Shown here: one piece after another, positions 13,959 to 28,222 of the stretch
Numbering within the stretch: position 1 is the stretch's first letter
How the letters are laid out: every line of letters begins with the position of its first letter
NCBI RefSeq assembly: GCF_963506605.1
Contig: NC_083280.1
Location: 30,070,001 to 30,134,000, forward strand
From: Zootoca vivipara
Lineage: Eukaryota
Length of the DNA stretch: 64,000 bases
Direction of reading: 5' to 3'
The notes under the pieces: model-generated
The model's database searches: none
The model's input: the letters and a program-made list of their open reading frames with translations, nothing else
What the model was told of the DNA's origin: nothing
Position numbers and translations under genes: made by a program

Positions 13959-14314
13959 GGGACATGGGTGGCGCTGTGGTCTAAACCACAGAGCCTAGGG
14001 CTTGCCGATCAGGTTGGTGGTTCAGATCCCTGCGGCGGGGTGAAATCCCGTTGCTCAGTCCCAGCTCCTGCCAACCTAGCAGTTCAAAAGCACATCAAAG
14101 TGCAAGTAGATAAATAGGTACCACTCTGGCGGGAAGGTAAACCGCATTTCTGTGCGCTGCTCTGGTTCGCCAGAAGCGGCTTAGTCATGCTGGCCACATG
14201 ATCCGGAAGCTGTCTGTAGACAAACGCCAGCTCCCTCAGCCTATAGAGCGAGATGAGCGTCGCAACCCCAGAGTCGTTCGCGACTAGACCTAAGGGTCAG
14301 GGGTACCTTTACCT
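13959..14314 (+). mobile_element. Sauria SINE (tail interrupted by BovB)
   Basis: tRNA-like head ggtggcgctgtggtctaaacc, ACCTTT tail; outer TSD tatgaaata (13949-13957 / 15383-15391). Confidence 0.9.
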
Positions 14315-15373
14315 GTTGTTGTTGTTTAGTCGTTTAGTTGTGTCCGACTCTTCGTGACCCCATGGACCATAGCACGCCAGGCACTCCTGTCTTGCACTGC
14401 CTCCCGCAGTTTGGTCAAACTCATGTTCGTAGCTTCGAGAACACTGTCCAACCATCTTGTCCTCTGACGTCCCCTTCTCCTAGTGCCCTCAATCTTTCCC
14501 AGCATCAGGGTCTTTTCCAGGGAGTCTTCTATTCTCATGAGGTGGCCAAAAGTATTGGAGCCTCAGCTTCACGATCTGTCCTTCCAGGGAGCACTCAGGG
14601 CTGATTTCCTTAAGAATGGATAGGTTTGATCTTCTTGCAGTCCATGGGACTCTCAAGAGTCTCCTCCAGCACCACAATTCAAAAGCATCAATTCTTCAGC
14701 GATCAGCCTTCTTTATGGTCCAGCTCTCACTTCCATACATCACTACTGGGAAAACCATAGCTTTAACTATACGGACCTTTGTCGGCAAGGTGATGTCTCT
14801 GCTTTTTAAGATGCTGTCTAGGTTTGTCATTGCTTTTCTCCCAAGTAGCAGGCGTCTTTTAATTTCGTGACTGCTGTCACCATCTGCAGTGATCAAGGAG
14901 CCCAAGAAGGTGAAATCTCTCACTGCCTCCATTTCTTCCCCTTCTATTTGCCAGGAGGTGATGGGACCAGTGGCCATGATCTTGGTTTTTTTGATGTTGA
15001 GCTTCAGACCATATTTTGCGCTCTCCTCTTTCACCCTCATTAAAAGGTTCTTTAATTCCTCCTCACTTTCTGCCATCAAGGTTGTGTCATCTGCATATCT
15101 GAGGTTGTTGATATTTCTTCCGGCAATCTTAATTCCGGCTAGGGATTCATCTAGTCCAGCCTTTCGCATGATGAATTCTGCATATAAGTTAAATAAGCAG
15201 GGAGACAATATACAACCTTGTCGTACTCCTTTCCCAATTTTGAACCACTCAGTTGCTCCATATCCAGTTCTAACTGTAGCTTCTTGTCCCACATAGAGAT
15301 TTCTCAGGAGACAGATGAGGTGATCAGGCACTCCCATTTCTTTAAGAACTTGCCATAGTTTGCTGTGGTCGAA
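14315..15373 (-). mobile_element. BovB (RTE-clade) LINE 3' portion
   Basis: ORF 14696..15337 (GVRQGCILSP, NLRYADDTTL), LEKTLMLGKIEG, (CAA)n tail; TSD acctttacct. Confidence 0.93.
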
Positions 15374-17134
15374 ACCTTTACCTATGAAATATTAAAACAC
15401 ATATTTTTATTCTTGAGCAGTCCAATTATATGTACATAGAAGATCTCTAACATGACTAGCATCTAGTAAGTACTGTACTAAAAATAGGAGTCTTTTTTCT
15501 ATTTTGTATAATTTGCTGTATAATCTATAGAGTGTTGTCTTAAGCACTTGACTTTCATGAAGCTTCTTTGCCTTGGAAAGAGGAGCTGTATAGGTGATAA
15601 ATGTGAAGTAACTTTAGTGAACAGACAACCACTACATACTCCATACCTGTTCTTCCTCAAAGAAACAGGTTGCAATTAGTGTTAGAAACTCAGCTATATA
15701 AGCTAGGGGCCAAAGGTTATAGTTGGCAAAACAAAATGTTGAGTTGCCATTTTGGGGCAAGAGAGCTCTAAAATCTTTTTTTTCAAATGATGTACTGACT
15801 GTGATTGATTATCAGTTAACCATCTGGGTAGTTCAGATTATAATCTTGAGCTAGATTAAAAACTTTGAGAACTTAAGCAAGAAAAGCCACTTTATCCAGT
15901 GATAGTGCACATTTACATTGGCCTATTCCTACCGCTTTTTCTTAATGGTGACACAGACCATTCATAACATAAAAATATTCTTCACAACTGTGAGCAGGGC
16001 TGTAGGGTGGGATAAGTGAAGACAAGCTACAACATTGCTCACTGCTCCTGCTCAGGCTGCACAGAAAAAGTATTTTGGTTCCTGAAATCCATTGTGATTG
16101 TGCAGATAAAATATAACTGATAGAATTCTACAGGATGTGGTATTAGTGTGTGAAAACAATCAAGATCCAATGATCCCCAGATAGTGATGTCAGGCGCTAT
16201 CCTGGCACCCAGGGATCTTCACTTCGTTGTAAGTGGCTGACAATCAGGTGCAAAATGTGCCAGGTAACAGGCTAATTTCAAACACTGGTTGCAATATATG
16301 TATAGGGAGTGATACAGATCAAATGCACTATCAGTAACAACTACATCAAGTCTCTGTGTGCTATCCACGAGAACCTAGACTTTACAGATGAAAAGAGAAT
16401 GAAACATAAGGCATCTTTCATATGACTGACTGACAGACTTCATATTTTTTTCTCCCAAAGAGTGCTTTTGTGACTTGGGAGCAGAAAGACCTCTTAGCTG
16501 GTCCTTCTGAGTAGTACTACAAGATATCCAGAACTGTTTGTTCAAGTGAATGTTACAAGAAAGACTTGAACACCTCCTTCTCAAGGACCCGGTGTTCATC
16601 ACAGAGACTATAGCTGTTTGTATAGCAGGAAACAGAGCCAAGACTTCCTCTGGGATATTGCTATGTGACTTCACTAAATAATGAACCTTTTTGTGGAAAA
16701 GCAATGTCAAAGGCTGCTATTCTTAAAACACATGTAAATAGTCCTGAAATCTATATGTTTATTTTTGTGTGCCTGCTACCACCTGAGAATTTTGAAGTTA
16801 AAAGGCTACAGGAGCCAATTTTATCCTCCATTCCCAATATGCCTGTATATTGTATAAACATTGAACTCAACAGCTGGTTGAAGTGTAGTGACTAAGAATT
16901 TTAGTTGTGAACTAGCAAGTGCTACTTTTTTTTGTTGAGGCAAGAACTGAAAGGAAAACACAGATTAAAACTTCATACCTTTTACCCCTCAGCTAGAAAT
17001 GTTTTACTTTGTTCCAAATTTGGCAAAACCCAGAAAGAGTTGATATTTCAGAAGATAGAGTGTGGCCACTAAAGAGTATGAGCTGAGTACCAGTTTTCCA
17101 AAATTGGAACCTCCCCAACGTGCTAAATCTTATT

Positions 17135-17360
17135 TGGCAATCACTCGTAGCTGAGTAAGATTGCCTTCCATGAACATGGTCTTAACAGTGAGTCCATAAG
17201 TGACTATGGAGGCCAATTCTGGATCCACACACCCTTCCACAGTGGTAGTTGATCACAGTGAGGGTTTGCCAAGCATGCCGTCCTCTTAACACATTTCTCC
17301 CTTTCGTCCTGAGTTCAAGCGTCTTCAAAGTCCATGACACCTTTGGTAAATATGGATGTA
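17135..17360 (-). mobile_element. RTE-clade LINE 3' fragment
   Basis: Translates to CGRVCGSRIGLHSH, a typical RTE ORF C-terminal motif. Confidence 0.6.
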
Positions 17361-19158
17361 GACATCGACATTTAGGAACATAGGAAAAACCTACTGAATC
17401 AGGCCATTGGCCCATCTAGTCCAGCATCCTGTTCTCACAGTGGCTGACCAGGTGCTCATGGGAAGCCTGGAACAAATGCTTCAGCCCCCCCCCCCCCCAG
17501 GCATGGCTTTAGGATAAGAATATATAGCCTCTGACCCTTACTTGCAGCTGCTGCTAAATGACAGTCTCCTCCCCAAATTTATCCCTGAAACTGCAGGACC
17601 TTCCACGGACTACTGTAGGAATCAAAACAGTTACATACTTATATCACAAAAAGTAAGCTGCAAAGGGGATTTAAAGAACAGCAAACAACTTTCAAATATT
17701 TTGAGATGAATACCTGTTAGCCTCAGATGGGATCTTTTCTTTCTATCCAAAAAGGACCATTCTTAACCTTGTAAATAAAGGCACAAAAGTTACTTGCCTG
17801 CAAAGTGTTTTTGCTAGTGTGTTGGTGGCTAGCTGAGGAGGGATAAGAGAGCTTGGTCCCACCTCCAGCAGCCTACAGTACTACATTTCTATCATAGTTA
17901 TCATTTTATTTGTAAGGCTTCCATACTTGTCTTTTATTCCTGGGGCATTGTGCAACATTAAGAACATGAATGAAAGTGTCTTTAATCATATGTATAGTGC
18001 ATTGCTTTCTGTCCCTCACCCCTAGCTATAATGCTTTTATAAGGGCACCTCACCCTCTTATTCAAAGAAATCCCCCCTCCAATAAAACCCCCAAACATTT
18101 TAATTAGTTCAAGGAAAGTGTTTGAGTTAGGGCTCAGTGAATGCTTAGTCATAGAAATTTGGCCCAAAAACAACAATTGTAGTTTAGTGATTAGAAAAAG
18201 AGTGGTAGTGGTAGAGCAGAGCCATCAGAAATTGTGAGGCATTACAGAGGAAGACACTACATTATTTCCTCCCATTACAGTTTTATGATAAAATTAAGAG
18301 TTATATTTTAAACAACATTGAATACTAACAATTCCAGGCAGAGGTTGGGTGCCAGTACATGGGAATGTAGGGAGCTGCCTCATACCATCTCAGACTATCT
18401 AGCTCAGTATTGTTTCCTGTGACTGGCCATAGTTCTCTAGTATTCCATACCTGCATATTTCCCAGCCCTGCCTGGAAATGGCAATGATTGAACTTGGTAT
18501 CCTATGCATGCAAAACATTTGCTCTACTACTCACCTGCTGAGTTAAAAATGAACAAAGGCAGGCTTCGTCAAATGTATCCAGAAGACAAGGTCAGCAATT
18601 GCGACAGAAAGAGGAGGGAGAAATCCAGAAGAGGCAGGCATCAAAAAATAAACAAGCAGGCTCCAAGAACCAACCAAGAAGGTTGCTACTCAAATCCATT
18701 TTCCATATGCCATTGTAGCAAAGAGCTGATGGCATGGTCAGTCAGCTCTTGATAAGTAAGCGTGATTACTCTTCCTTTCGCATTTTGCACACATTACAAG
18801 ACGAGTCCCAGTAGCACAGCAATGCACATGACTGACTAGGGCTGTTTCCTGTCCTTCCAGTAAGAAAGAATTGTAAATGTTTGTGAGTAATATTTGCTTC
18901 TAAGAGCTTCAGGGCTAAATGTATCATTTATCCTATATGGTAAAGCTGCCTACACTGCTAACAAAACATGATAAATTAACAAGTTTCATCTATATATTTC
19001 ATTTATATGCTCATGAGTCAGACTGTCTGCAGACAATACTTGCTTTTTAAATGCAAAGAGCTTCCTAATAGTGGTGCAGTTTGAAACGGTAGTGTGGTTA
19101 TTTGGCATGTCTTTTTGTTCATTCCTGTGACAGTAGCATAGCAGTACATATGTAGTAG

Positions 19159-19347
<189 letters not shown>

Positions 19348-19718
19348 TGATTTCTCTCTCTCTCTGGAGCTAGAAGTATTTAGTCATAAGAACAAACTTG
19401 TAGAGCTTCATACTGATGGAAGAATTGGACATGATAAGTTGAAATCTTTAACTCAGGGGTCTGCAACCTTTAAGACAAAAAGAGCCACTTGGACCCGTTT
19501 CCGAAGAAAAAAAATAAACTGGGAGCCGCAAAACAGGGACGTAATTAGAAATCAGAGGGCCCCATAGCAAAATTTGCTATGCCCAATAATCAATGCCCCA
19601 AAATGCCATAGAAAATTAATCAGGGCCCCAGTGTACCATAAATCATAATCAGTGCCTGATGTAAATAATAATTAATAATGAGGGCCCAATGTCATCCTCA
19701 TCATTATAAAAATAACTT

Positions 19719-20010
19719 TGAGTTTGGGCTGCCTTGATTACTGGGAATGGGCACCAGCAACCACTGCCTTATGAGTTTGGACTGCCTTGATTACTGGGAA
19801 CATAGCTGCCAAGTTCTCCCTTTTTTTAAGGGAAATTCCCTTATGCTGAATAGGCTTCCTCGTGAGAAAAGGGAAAACTTGGCAGCTATGACTGGGAATG
19901 GGCACCAGCAACCACTGCCTTATGAGTTTGGGCTGCCTTGATTACTGGGAATGGGCACCAGCAACCACTGCCTTATGAGTTTGGGCTGCCTTGATTACTG
20001 GGAATGGGCA
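19719..20010. repeat. 53-bp tandem repeat (~3.7 units)
   Basis: Unit tgagtttgggctgccttgattactgggaatgggcaccagcaaccactgcctta at 19719, 19772, 19923 and 19976. Confidence 0.92.
19801..19890. mobile_element. 90-bp MITE nested in the minisatellite
   Basis: TIR catagctgccaagtt(c/t)tccctttt; 8-bp TSD actgggaa (19793-19800 / 19891-19898). Confidence 0.9.
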
Positions 20011-21772
20011 AAACTCTGACTCTCTTATTAGGACACCTGTATGGTTTCATGTGTGTTGCTCCCATCAAGTGAACTTATAAAATTTCCTCATATTGAATCA
20101 ACCCATTGATTAATACATCTACCTCAATCTCCTGACCAGGCCGGCAGGAGGCCACAGGCAGGCCGCAGGCAGGAGCAGCAGCAGCAAACACGCGCTCCGA
20201 GCCCGCAAGCCTTTTCTGCTGCTGGGCGGGAAGAAGCGCACCCGTTTAAAAAAATAAATAACTACGCCCCGCCCCCCGTGAGCCTATTGGCTGCAGAAAT
20301 GCGGCGGGGAGGGGCTGATGCAGGGAGGGGGCCGACCACGCTCCCCGGGCTGCTAACGTCACCTTGCGTCCTTTTTGCACAGCGCACGCGCACAGCGGAG
20401 TTGTGGACTCCAGCGGGCGCCGTGCGGGGCGCAGGCGCACAGCGCGCCACCGCAGCTGTGTGCTCCGGCGGTGGTGGGCACCGCGCGAGTGTCTGGCGGG
20501 TGTGGCGGGCGCCGCCGCATGGCTCAGGCGGCGCATGGCTTGAACGCCTCCTCCCCTCGTGTCTGCTCCGGAGCCGCAGCAAAGGTGTAAAAGAGCCACA
20601 TGCGGCTCCGGAGCCACAGGTTGCAAGACCCCTGCTTTAACTGATATGAATGTGGAGCATACACACACTGGAGTCCACTTTTCCTCCTCAATAGTTTCAT
20701 TGTGAATGGTTCTTTTGGGAAGCTGAGATTGGAATAGAGGTTAACAAGATGTACTTACATAATGAAAGAGAAAGGCTCATATATCGGCCTCTATGTGGGG
20801 CACCTGCATAGTATATTGTTCTAGGTATGTGGTGGAGTATCTACACCCATGCCTCCTTGCGAAATCTGTTGCTATCATCTCTCTTGAACTAGGTTAAAGC
20901 CTGCTAATGAAATGTCAAAAGATCAGGATCGATTTTTGTTGTCATTTATCTAGTGTGCTCATTCAGATTTCCACTTTATTCAAATACTGTTTTGAACTGA
21001 ACACAGTTTTAGATGTTTTACCCTTTACATATCATGTCTTATTCTGTATGTGGACCATATTGTCACTGGAAATTTTAATTTTTAAATGGAAAGAGCAGCT
21101 ACCCTTTACCTTTACAAGGAATCTTGCAAAGCACAATTTAGGATTGGGTTTTTAGATCTGATATTTCCAGTGCCTTATGAAAATACTCTTCTACCGAGAG
21201 TGTTTGTATTACATTGTATTACATTTTTATGTCTGCTTTCATCCAAAGAGCTCTGAGGGTTTCCAAATAGTCTCTCTTCCAGGTTTTAACTAGGACCATT
21301 CCTGCTTAGGATTAGGTACCCTGAGACCATTTTATGATGCTCTCCTCTTCCTTGCAGTCAGTGTTCTCTATTATACATGTGTACATCTGTCATAACTGAC
21401 AGGACAGATTTCTTTTTTCTTTGTATGTAGTCTGAGCTGTACTGTATTGGTCAGCTTTATCGTCTTTCAAATGGCAAAGTTTTGATTGCATTGATTTAGG
21501 GGTATGTGTATGTTACATGGTGATAAACACACACATGAATTGAGAGAACTTAAATGATAGTGTGTTCCAGTTCATTTATTTTGCCCTGAAAATTGTAAGA
21601 CAGTTTTCTGCAATATAAACAATAATCATTTATCTTGGTATCAGTTTTCAGGACAAAGTGCATTGGAAGTTATTTTGGGGAGGTGGTGACTGAGGTATGC
21701 TCATGTAAGCAGTCTCTGGATAAACTGCATAAGAGTTGTATGCAAGGCTTATTATTTATATTTTAATTTTAG

Positions 21773-21961
<189 letters not shown>

Positions 21962-22495
21962 TGATATCATTCTTGCAAGATCTTTGTTTTGTGTGCATGA
22001 GTTAATCTTGCTGCTATTGCGCTTTCGTTTCCATTTTTTAATTTCATTTTTAATTATTAATAATGGGATATATTTTATGAGGCCATCAATAAAAAATTCC
22101 CTGGGTGGCTAATAGTACACTATATTATCAGAATCAAGATGATAACAAACATTTTTTTAAAAAAATACATGCCATCAATATATTCAGTATCCATTTCTTA
22201 CCATCTGTGCCACTGCAGTAGCTATTTGCCTTTTTTCCATTCCTTACCATTTTAAAAAGAATTTGAAACCTGATTCTATTTTGGCTGCAGGTTGCCTATT
22301 GGCATTTTATGAATATAAGGCTGTATGCACCAGTTGCACTACATTCTCCTCTTTTGGAGTGTTTAGGGAGCTTCATTCTCAACACATCTTTGCTTGTAAA
22401 CAGATGGTTATTCTGACACATTTACAGAGCATTACAATGGTGGAGCTCTAGTAGCTATTAACACTTCGTTAGTAATTTAAAATGTGTACACAGTA

Positions 22496-23128
22496 CAAAG
22501 GTACCTCAGGTTAAGTACTTAATTGGTTCCAGGAGTCCGTTCTTAACCTGAAGCGTTCTTAACCTGAAGCACACTTTCCCATTGAAAGTAATGGAAAAGT
22601 GGATTGATCCGTTCCAGACGATGAAAAACACCCCCTAAAACAGCAATTTGACATGAATTTTACTGTCTAACGAGTCCATTGATCCATAAAATGAAGGCAA
22701 TAATCAATGTACTATACTATAAAATAAATAAGACCGTATTGTAGATGAAATAATTAACTTTTTTTTTCCTTACATGCACTGATGGTAGTCATTGTTTGGA
22801 TGGGGTGCTTTTATCCATTTCTGCAGACACAAAAACACCCAGTAGCTGAACACGATCCCCAAAACAATGACAGAAGGCAGAGTCCCCCAGAAGTCCCCCA
22901 AATGAAGGAGCAAAGCAGAGACAAAGGCACAGGGCAGACTCACATAAACAAATCCCAAAATCCCTTGCAGAATCCCGGGAAGGTAAACGGGTGTTTCCGT
23001 GTGCTGCTCTGGTTCGCCAGAAGCGGCTTAGTCATGCTGGCCACATGACCTGGAAGCTGTACGCTGGCTCCCTCAGCCAATAAAGCGAGATGAGCGCTGG
23101 ACCTAATGGTCAGGGGTCCCTTTACCTT
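22496..23128 (+). mobile_element. Tigger-like DNA element fragment joined to the 3' half of a Sauria SINE (about 22975-23128)
   Basis: ggtacctcaggttaag start resembles 25560; SINE core and tttacctt tail. Confidence 0.65.
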
Positions 23129-23832
23129 GTGTGTGTTTTTGCCACTTGAGATCAGTGACTTAAAGATTAAGTACCTAATTTTTTTCAGAAGAGCCAGTAA
23201 AAGAACTCTTAAAATCTTGTCTAAAATAATTGGTTCTAAACAATCGCCTTACTCAGAATAATACATAACATTTGCTTATTGTTCATAGCATTTTGCATAC
23301 ACTCTCAGTGATCCTCTTCTGTAAAACAGGCCATTGCCCGCATATTGCAGATGGCGGTAAGGATAAGGGAAGGTCTCTAATGCCACCTATTGAATTCATG
23401 ACAGCTGGAATGATAGAATTTATGACTTCATGGTTCACGGTTTAGTCTCTTCAAAAACTAATTATACCAGATCTAAATGGAGACAACCAGAAATCATTAT
23501 AGCTAGCAAGTCAAGTTGAGCAGCCTATCAGTTCTGAGTAAACCTGGTGTCACTATAGTCTCCAAAGAGCCCACCAAAGGAGGGATTCCTTAAACTGCCT
23601 CTTGAAGTTCAGCAGCAATACACATTTTTGTTATCTCTGCATGGGGTTAACTACTATAATCTCAGAGTAAGAGTGGAGAAGTCTGTTCTTTGTTCTCTTC
23701 TACTTCTTACATCCTTGATGAGAGGGACTTGCATTGATCATGGGGGGGTGGAATTTATATGAGGATGTCTTTTGAATGACTTTGAAAATTCTACTTCTGC
23801 TAAAATATATCTAATCTCTACATCTGATTTAA

Positions 23833-24006
<174 letters not shown>

Positions 24007-24751
24007 TAATCTGCTTAATGAATTTGTTTGGAATTACTTGCAAGTAATCTTTCTAATCATCCCCCCCCCCCATATAAGGTTTTTAATTGTAGATATTGAC
24101 TGCTATGCTGCTTAAAGATTCACTGTCTCAAACATCCAGCAAAAATAAAATGTTATTTGGAAAATAGGAAAACTCTTGGTTGTATCCAACGCTGGTTATA
24201 CATAAGCAGAATGGACTTCCACTCATGCAGTGCAACTTTGTCTTCCTCTCCTCCTCCCTAAAACACTTTTTGTGCCCTCAAAATCTGCTCTGGCAGGTAG
24301 GGTGGGGACCCTCCAGAGCATAATTTGGGCTGCAGGAAGAAGAAGGCGATGTCTCACTCTCTCTATATATGATATAGATGATGATCTTCTCGCACCTGGC
24401 ATCTTTTCATCTCTGCCGCTTTTCAGTGGGAGCCCCCTTCCATGCATGCACTCAGATTCAGGGGGTCCTTTGGAGTGGAATCCCATAAAGTGCAAGATGC
24501 TCCAATTCCAAAGAAAGATAAATATGGCTTCATCCACAGTCCACATAGACACTGGTGCGCATATGGTGGTGGGAGTGAATCCCAACCAATATCCACAAGG
24601 CTGTATTAGGGGGCATATTCAGAGCTGATGTAGCCGAGCTGAGTTAAAAGCTGGGACATTCTTACTTCAAATCCTGCCTGTGTCATGGACATGAGGCCAA
24701 GCCCCATCCTTTCATCCTCATCACATACTGTAATATATGATTAATAATACA

Positions 24752-25074
24752 GGGGGTGGCACTGTGGGTTAAACCACAGAGCCTAGGGCTTGCTGATCAG
24801 AAGGTCAGCGGTTCATATCCCTGCGACGGGGTGAGCTCCCGTTGCTTGATCCCTGCTCCTGCCAATCTAGCAGTTCGAAAGCACGTCAAAGTGCAAGTAG
24901 ATACATAGGTACTGCTCCGGCAGGAAGGTAAATGCCGTTTCCGTGTGCTGCTCTGGTTTGCCAGAAAGTGGCTTAGTCATGCTGGCCACATGACCCGGCC
25001 AGTAAAGCGAGATGAGTGCCGCAACCCCAGAGTCTTGTGTGACTGGACCTAATGGTCAGGGGGCCCTTTACCTT
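24752..25074 (+). mobile_element. Sauria SINE
   Basis: Same head, core and ACCTTT tail as the other copies. Confidence 0.88.
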
Positions 25075-25155
25075 AATAGGTATGAAGTCTTATTTCGATT
25101 AAGAATGTTTATGGTGGGGGAGTGCATCTGTAGCAATTCTTTCAGAATATTATAG

Positions 25156-25455
<300 letters not shown>

Positions 25456-25559
25456 TAGCTTATAAACATGAAGTATACTGAATATTTCTTAATATTTCTT
25501 CCTTTTTGTTAGAATATCTATATTGCTTAGAGATTTCTGTTGAAATATGAAGTGATATA

Positions 25560-25785
25560 CAGTGGTACCTCGGGTTACAAACGCTTCAGGTTACAAACTC
25601 CTCTAACCCTGAAATAGTACCTCAGGTTAAGAACTTTGCTTCAGGATGAGAACAGAAATTGTGCTCCGGTGGCACAGCGGCAGCAGGAGGCCCCATTAGC
25701 TAAAGTGGTGCTTCAGGTTAAGAACAGTTTCAGGTTAAGAACGGACCTCCGGAACTAATTTAGTTCTTAACCAGAGGTACCACTG
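25560..25785. mobile_element. Tigger/pogo-like MITE
   Basis: TIR cagtggtacctc, TA TSD. Confidence 0.88.
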
Positions 25786-25880
25786 TATATACTAAAAAAC
25801 AACTGTGTTTTCCATTCCCTCAGTAGCGTTATTCTATCTAAAGCTGCCTAAAGAATAATTATTGTTACTAATCTATAGAT

Positions 25881-26017
25881 CAGGCATCCCCAAACTTCGG
25901 CCCTCCAGATGTTTTGGACTACAATTCCCATCTTCCCTGACCCACTGGTCCTGCTAGCTAGGGATCATGGGAGTTGTAGGCCAAAACATCTGGAGGGCCG
26001 CAGTTTGGGGGTGCCTG
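25881..26017. mobile_element. hAT-type MITE (same family as 791-926)
   Basis: TIR caggca(t/c)ccccaaact; TSD ctatagat (25873-25880 / 26018-26025). Confidence 0.92.
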
Positions 26018-26766
26018 CTATAGATACTTCCTACATGTCCAAAGATTTTGTAAGAAATGTCATTTTATTTTAGAAAACTATAATGTCTGGCCCTTCATCA
26101 ATGTTTACTAATGTAAACTTTTTGCTTTACATAGTTCCATTAGCAGATTTGTGCTCTGTATGCTTGTGATAGTAACTAATGAGTGAGATGGTAGCTCACC
26201 TGAAATGAGTTTCAGCTCTGTTCATTTCTTGCAACAGCAATAAAATGTTATGTATCTCCAATAAACTTTTTAATAGTTTATGTGGTATTCATGCTTGCTT
26301 ATTGTGATCAACCAAATTCTAGTTAAATATAATTACATTTACCAATCCTAGTTTAAAAGCCAATGGTCACTTAGCATAACATAGCATTAGGATTCATTAG
26401 GGTTTTTAATTTGTAATCTGGCATCAGCTTTATTATATTTTGTTGTTGAAGTGGACACTGTGCTGATAATTTTTTTTAATTCATATTTTAAACATTTATA
26501 TCTCTTATATTAAAAGACACTCAATGTGCCATACTGCTGCAGCAAATCACCATAATGATTTTATTTTTTAAAATAATATAGCATCCAAAAGGTGAAGAAC
26601 AAAAATCAAGGTAACATTTAGGACAGGTCTGTTGTGTCTGCTATTCCAGGACAGAAGGGAGAGCCTCACAATGAGATTTCATGTTAAAATATGAGTTGAC
26701 AAAAATTTGAGAACACTTATTCTGTTCATCTGCTGTCTTGTGATGGAAATACCATGTTGATGGTAG

Positions 26767-27060
<294 letters not shown>

Positions 27061-27999
27061 TAGAACTGACAAGAGTAAGACCCAAACCTTCAACATTTCT
27101 CAGGACAGACCAAAAAAATCACCTGCAACAGCTAAAGCAGCTAGGATAGAAGCAAAGGAAACCCCACACAGGAGAGTCCATTTGTAAAGATCACACCTCT
27201 TAGCAGACAGGTGGTCACCATCCTTTTAAAGCAAGTGGGGCAAGTCCCAAGAGATCGCTTGTTGACAAATGGCTACACCAGCCCACTAAAATGCCACCTT
27301 GGTAATTTCAGCACTGATCTTCTTTAAGCCGTCTGAAGTACCTTGGAATCCTGGGGCCCTGCCTACATACTCCTAGGCAGCATCCTCACCCAAGTCACCT
27401 TGGTCTTAGGGAAGATATTCAGGATTTCATTGAAATCGCCCAGTGATCATTGAAATGGACTGCACTCCCAGAACCTTCCCAAAATCATTCTTTCCCAAGC
27501 GTAGATCCAAAATACAGAGAGGTGAAGGGTACTTTGCTATGCCCTAGAAACCATGGCACCAAGACCCAAACTGTTGAATGTTTGAATTCTAGGAAGAGCC
27601 AGGACATGCAGCTGCCATTCACTTCACAGTCCAGTATGTGAAGCTGTTGCCTGTGACTTGGACGCCCAGGAGCAAATACAACCATAATGAAAAAGAGTTG
27701 GTCGGGGTAGTTGCAAGATGGTGCTTGAGGTTATACAGGATGCATGTGAACCCTGGTAACATCCTCTTGCTAGCTGTCCTCTGCACTTGAGAAAGAAATC
27801 TTTACTTAACAATGGATTTTCTTTTCCATTTAAAATACCAGGTTTTTCTAAGCTTAACCTAATATCAAGTAAAATGTTCTAGAAACTTTGAAGCAATGAG
27901 ATTCTTTTTTAACGAGCAAATAGTTTTCAGCCCTATAACCTCACAATGGATGTGATTTCCATACAACATATAGTAGAAATCTGTAACATAAAAATATTC

Positions 28000-28196
28000 A
28001 AGGTAAATAAAAAAATTGTCCAGTAGCACCTTAGAGACCAACTAAGTTTGTTCTGGGTATAAGCTTTTGTGTGCATGCACACTTCTTCAGATACCTGAAA
28101 GCTTATACCCAGAACAAACTTAGTTGGTCTCTAAGGTGCTACTGGACAATTTTTTTATTTCAACTGTGTCGGACCAAAACGGCTACCTACCTGAAA
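28000..28196. mobile_element. Penelope-like inverted terminal-repeat insertion with a minus-strand hammerhead (28057-28094, G12 mutated)
   Basis: Perfect 63-bp inverted repeat (28005-28067 / 28098-28160); 12-bp direct repeat ataaaaatattc (27988-27999 / 28197-28208). Confidence 0.8.
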
Positions 28197-28222
28197 ATAA
28201 AAATATTCTTTATTTTTCTAAG

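Larger units (their letters stand above)
19454..20634. mobile_element. Non-autonomous hAT element (~1.18 kb) with an internal minisatellite and a CpG-rich arm
   Basis: TIR caggggtc(t)tgcaacct; 8-bp TSD ctttaact (19446-19453 / 20635-20642). Confidence 0.9.

Noticed and set aside
19719-20010. Regularly spaced repeats resembling a CRISPR array
   Set aside because: Head-to-tail 53-bp units without unique spacers; the one apparent spacer is a MITE with TIRs and a TSD; eukaryotic context with no cas genes
20246-20668. Several overlapping 70-140 aa ORFs
   Set aside because: GC-rich transposon arm lacking stops by composition; no recognisable domain
28124-28222. Apparent 5' extension of the exon 8 ORF
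   Set aside because: Read-through into the Penelope-like insertion; the true exon begins after the AG at 28221-28222
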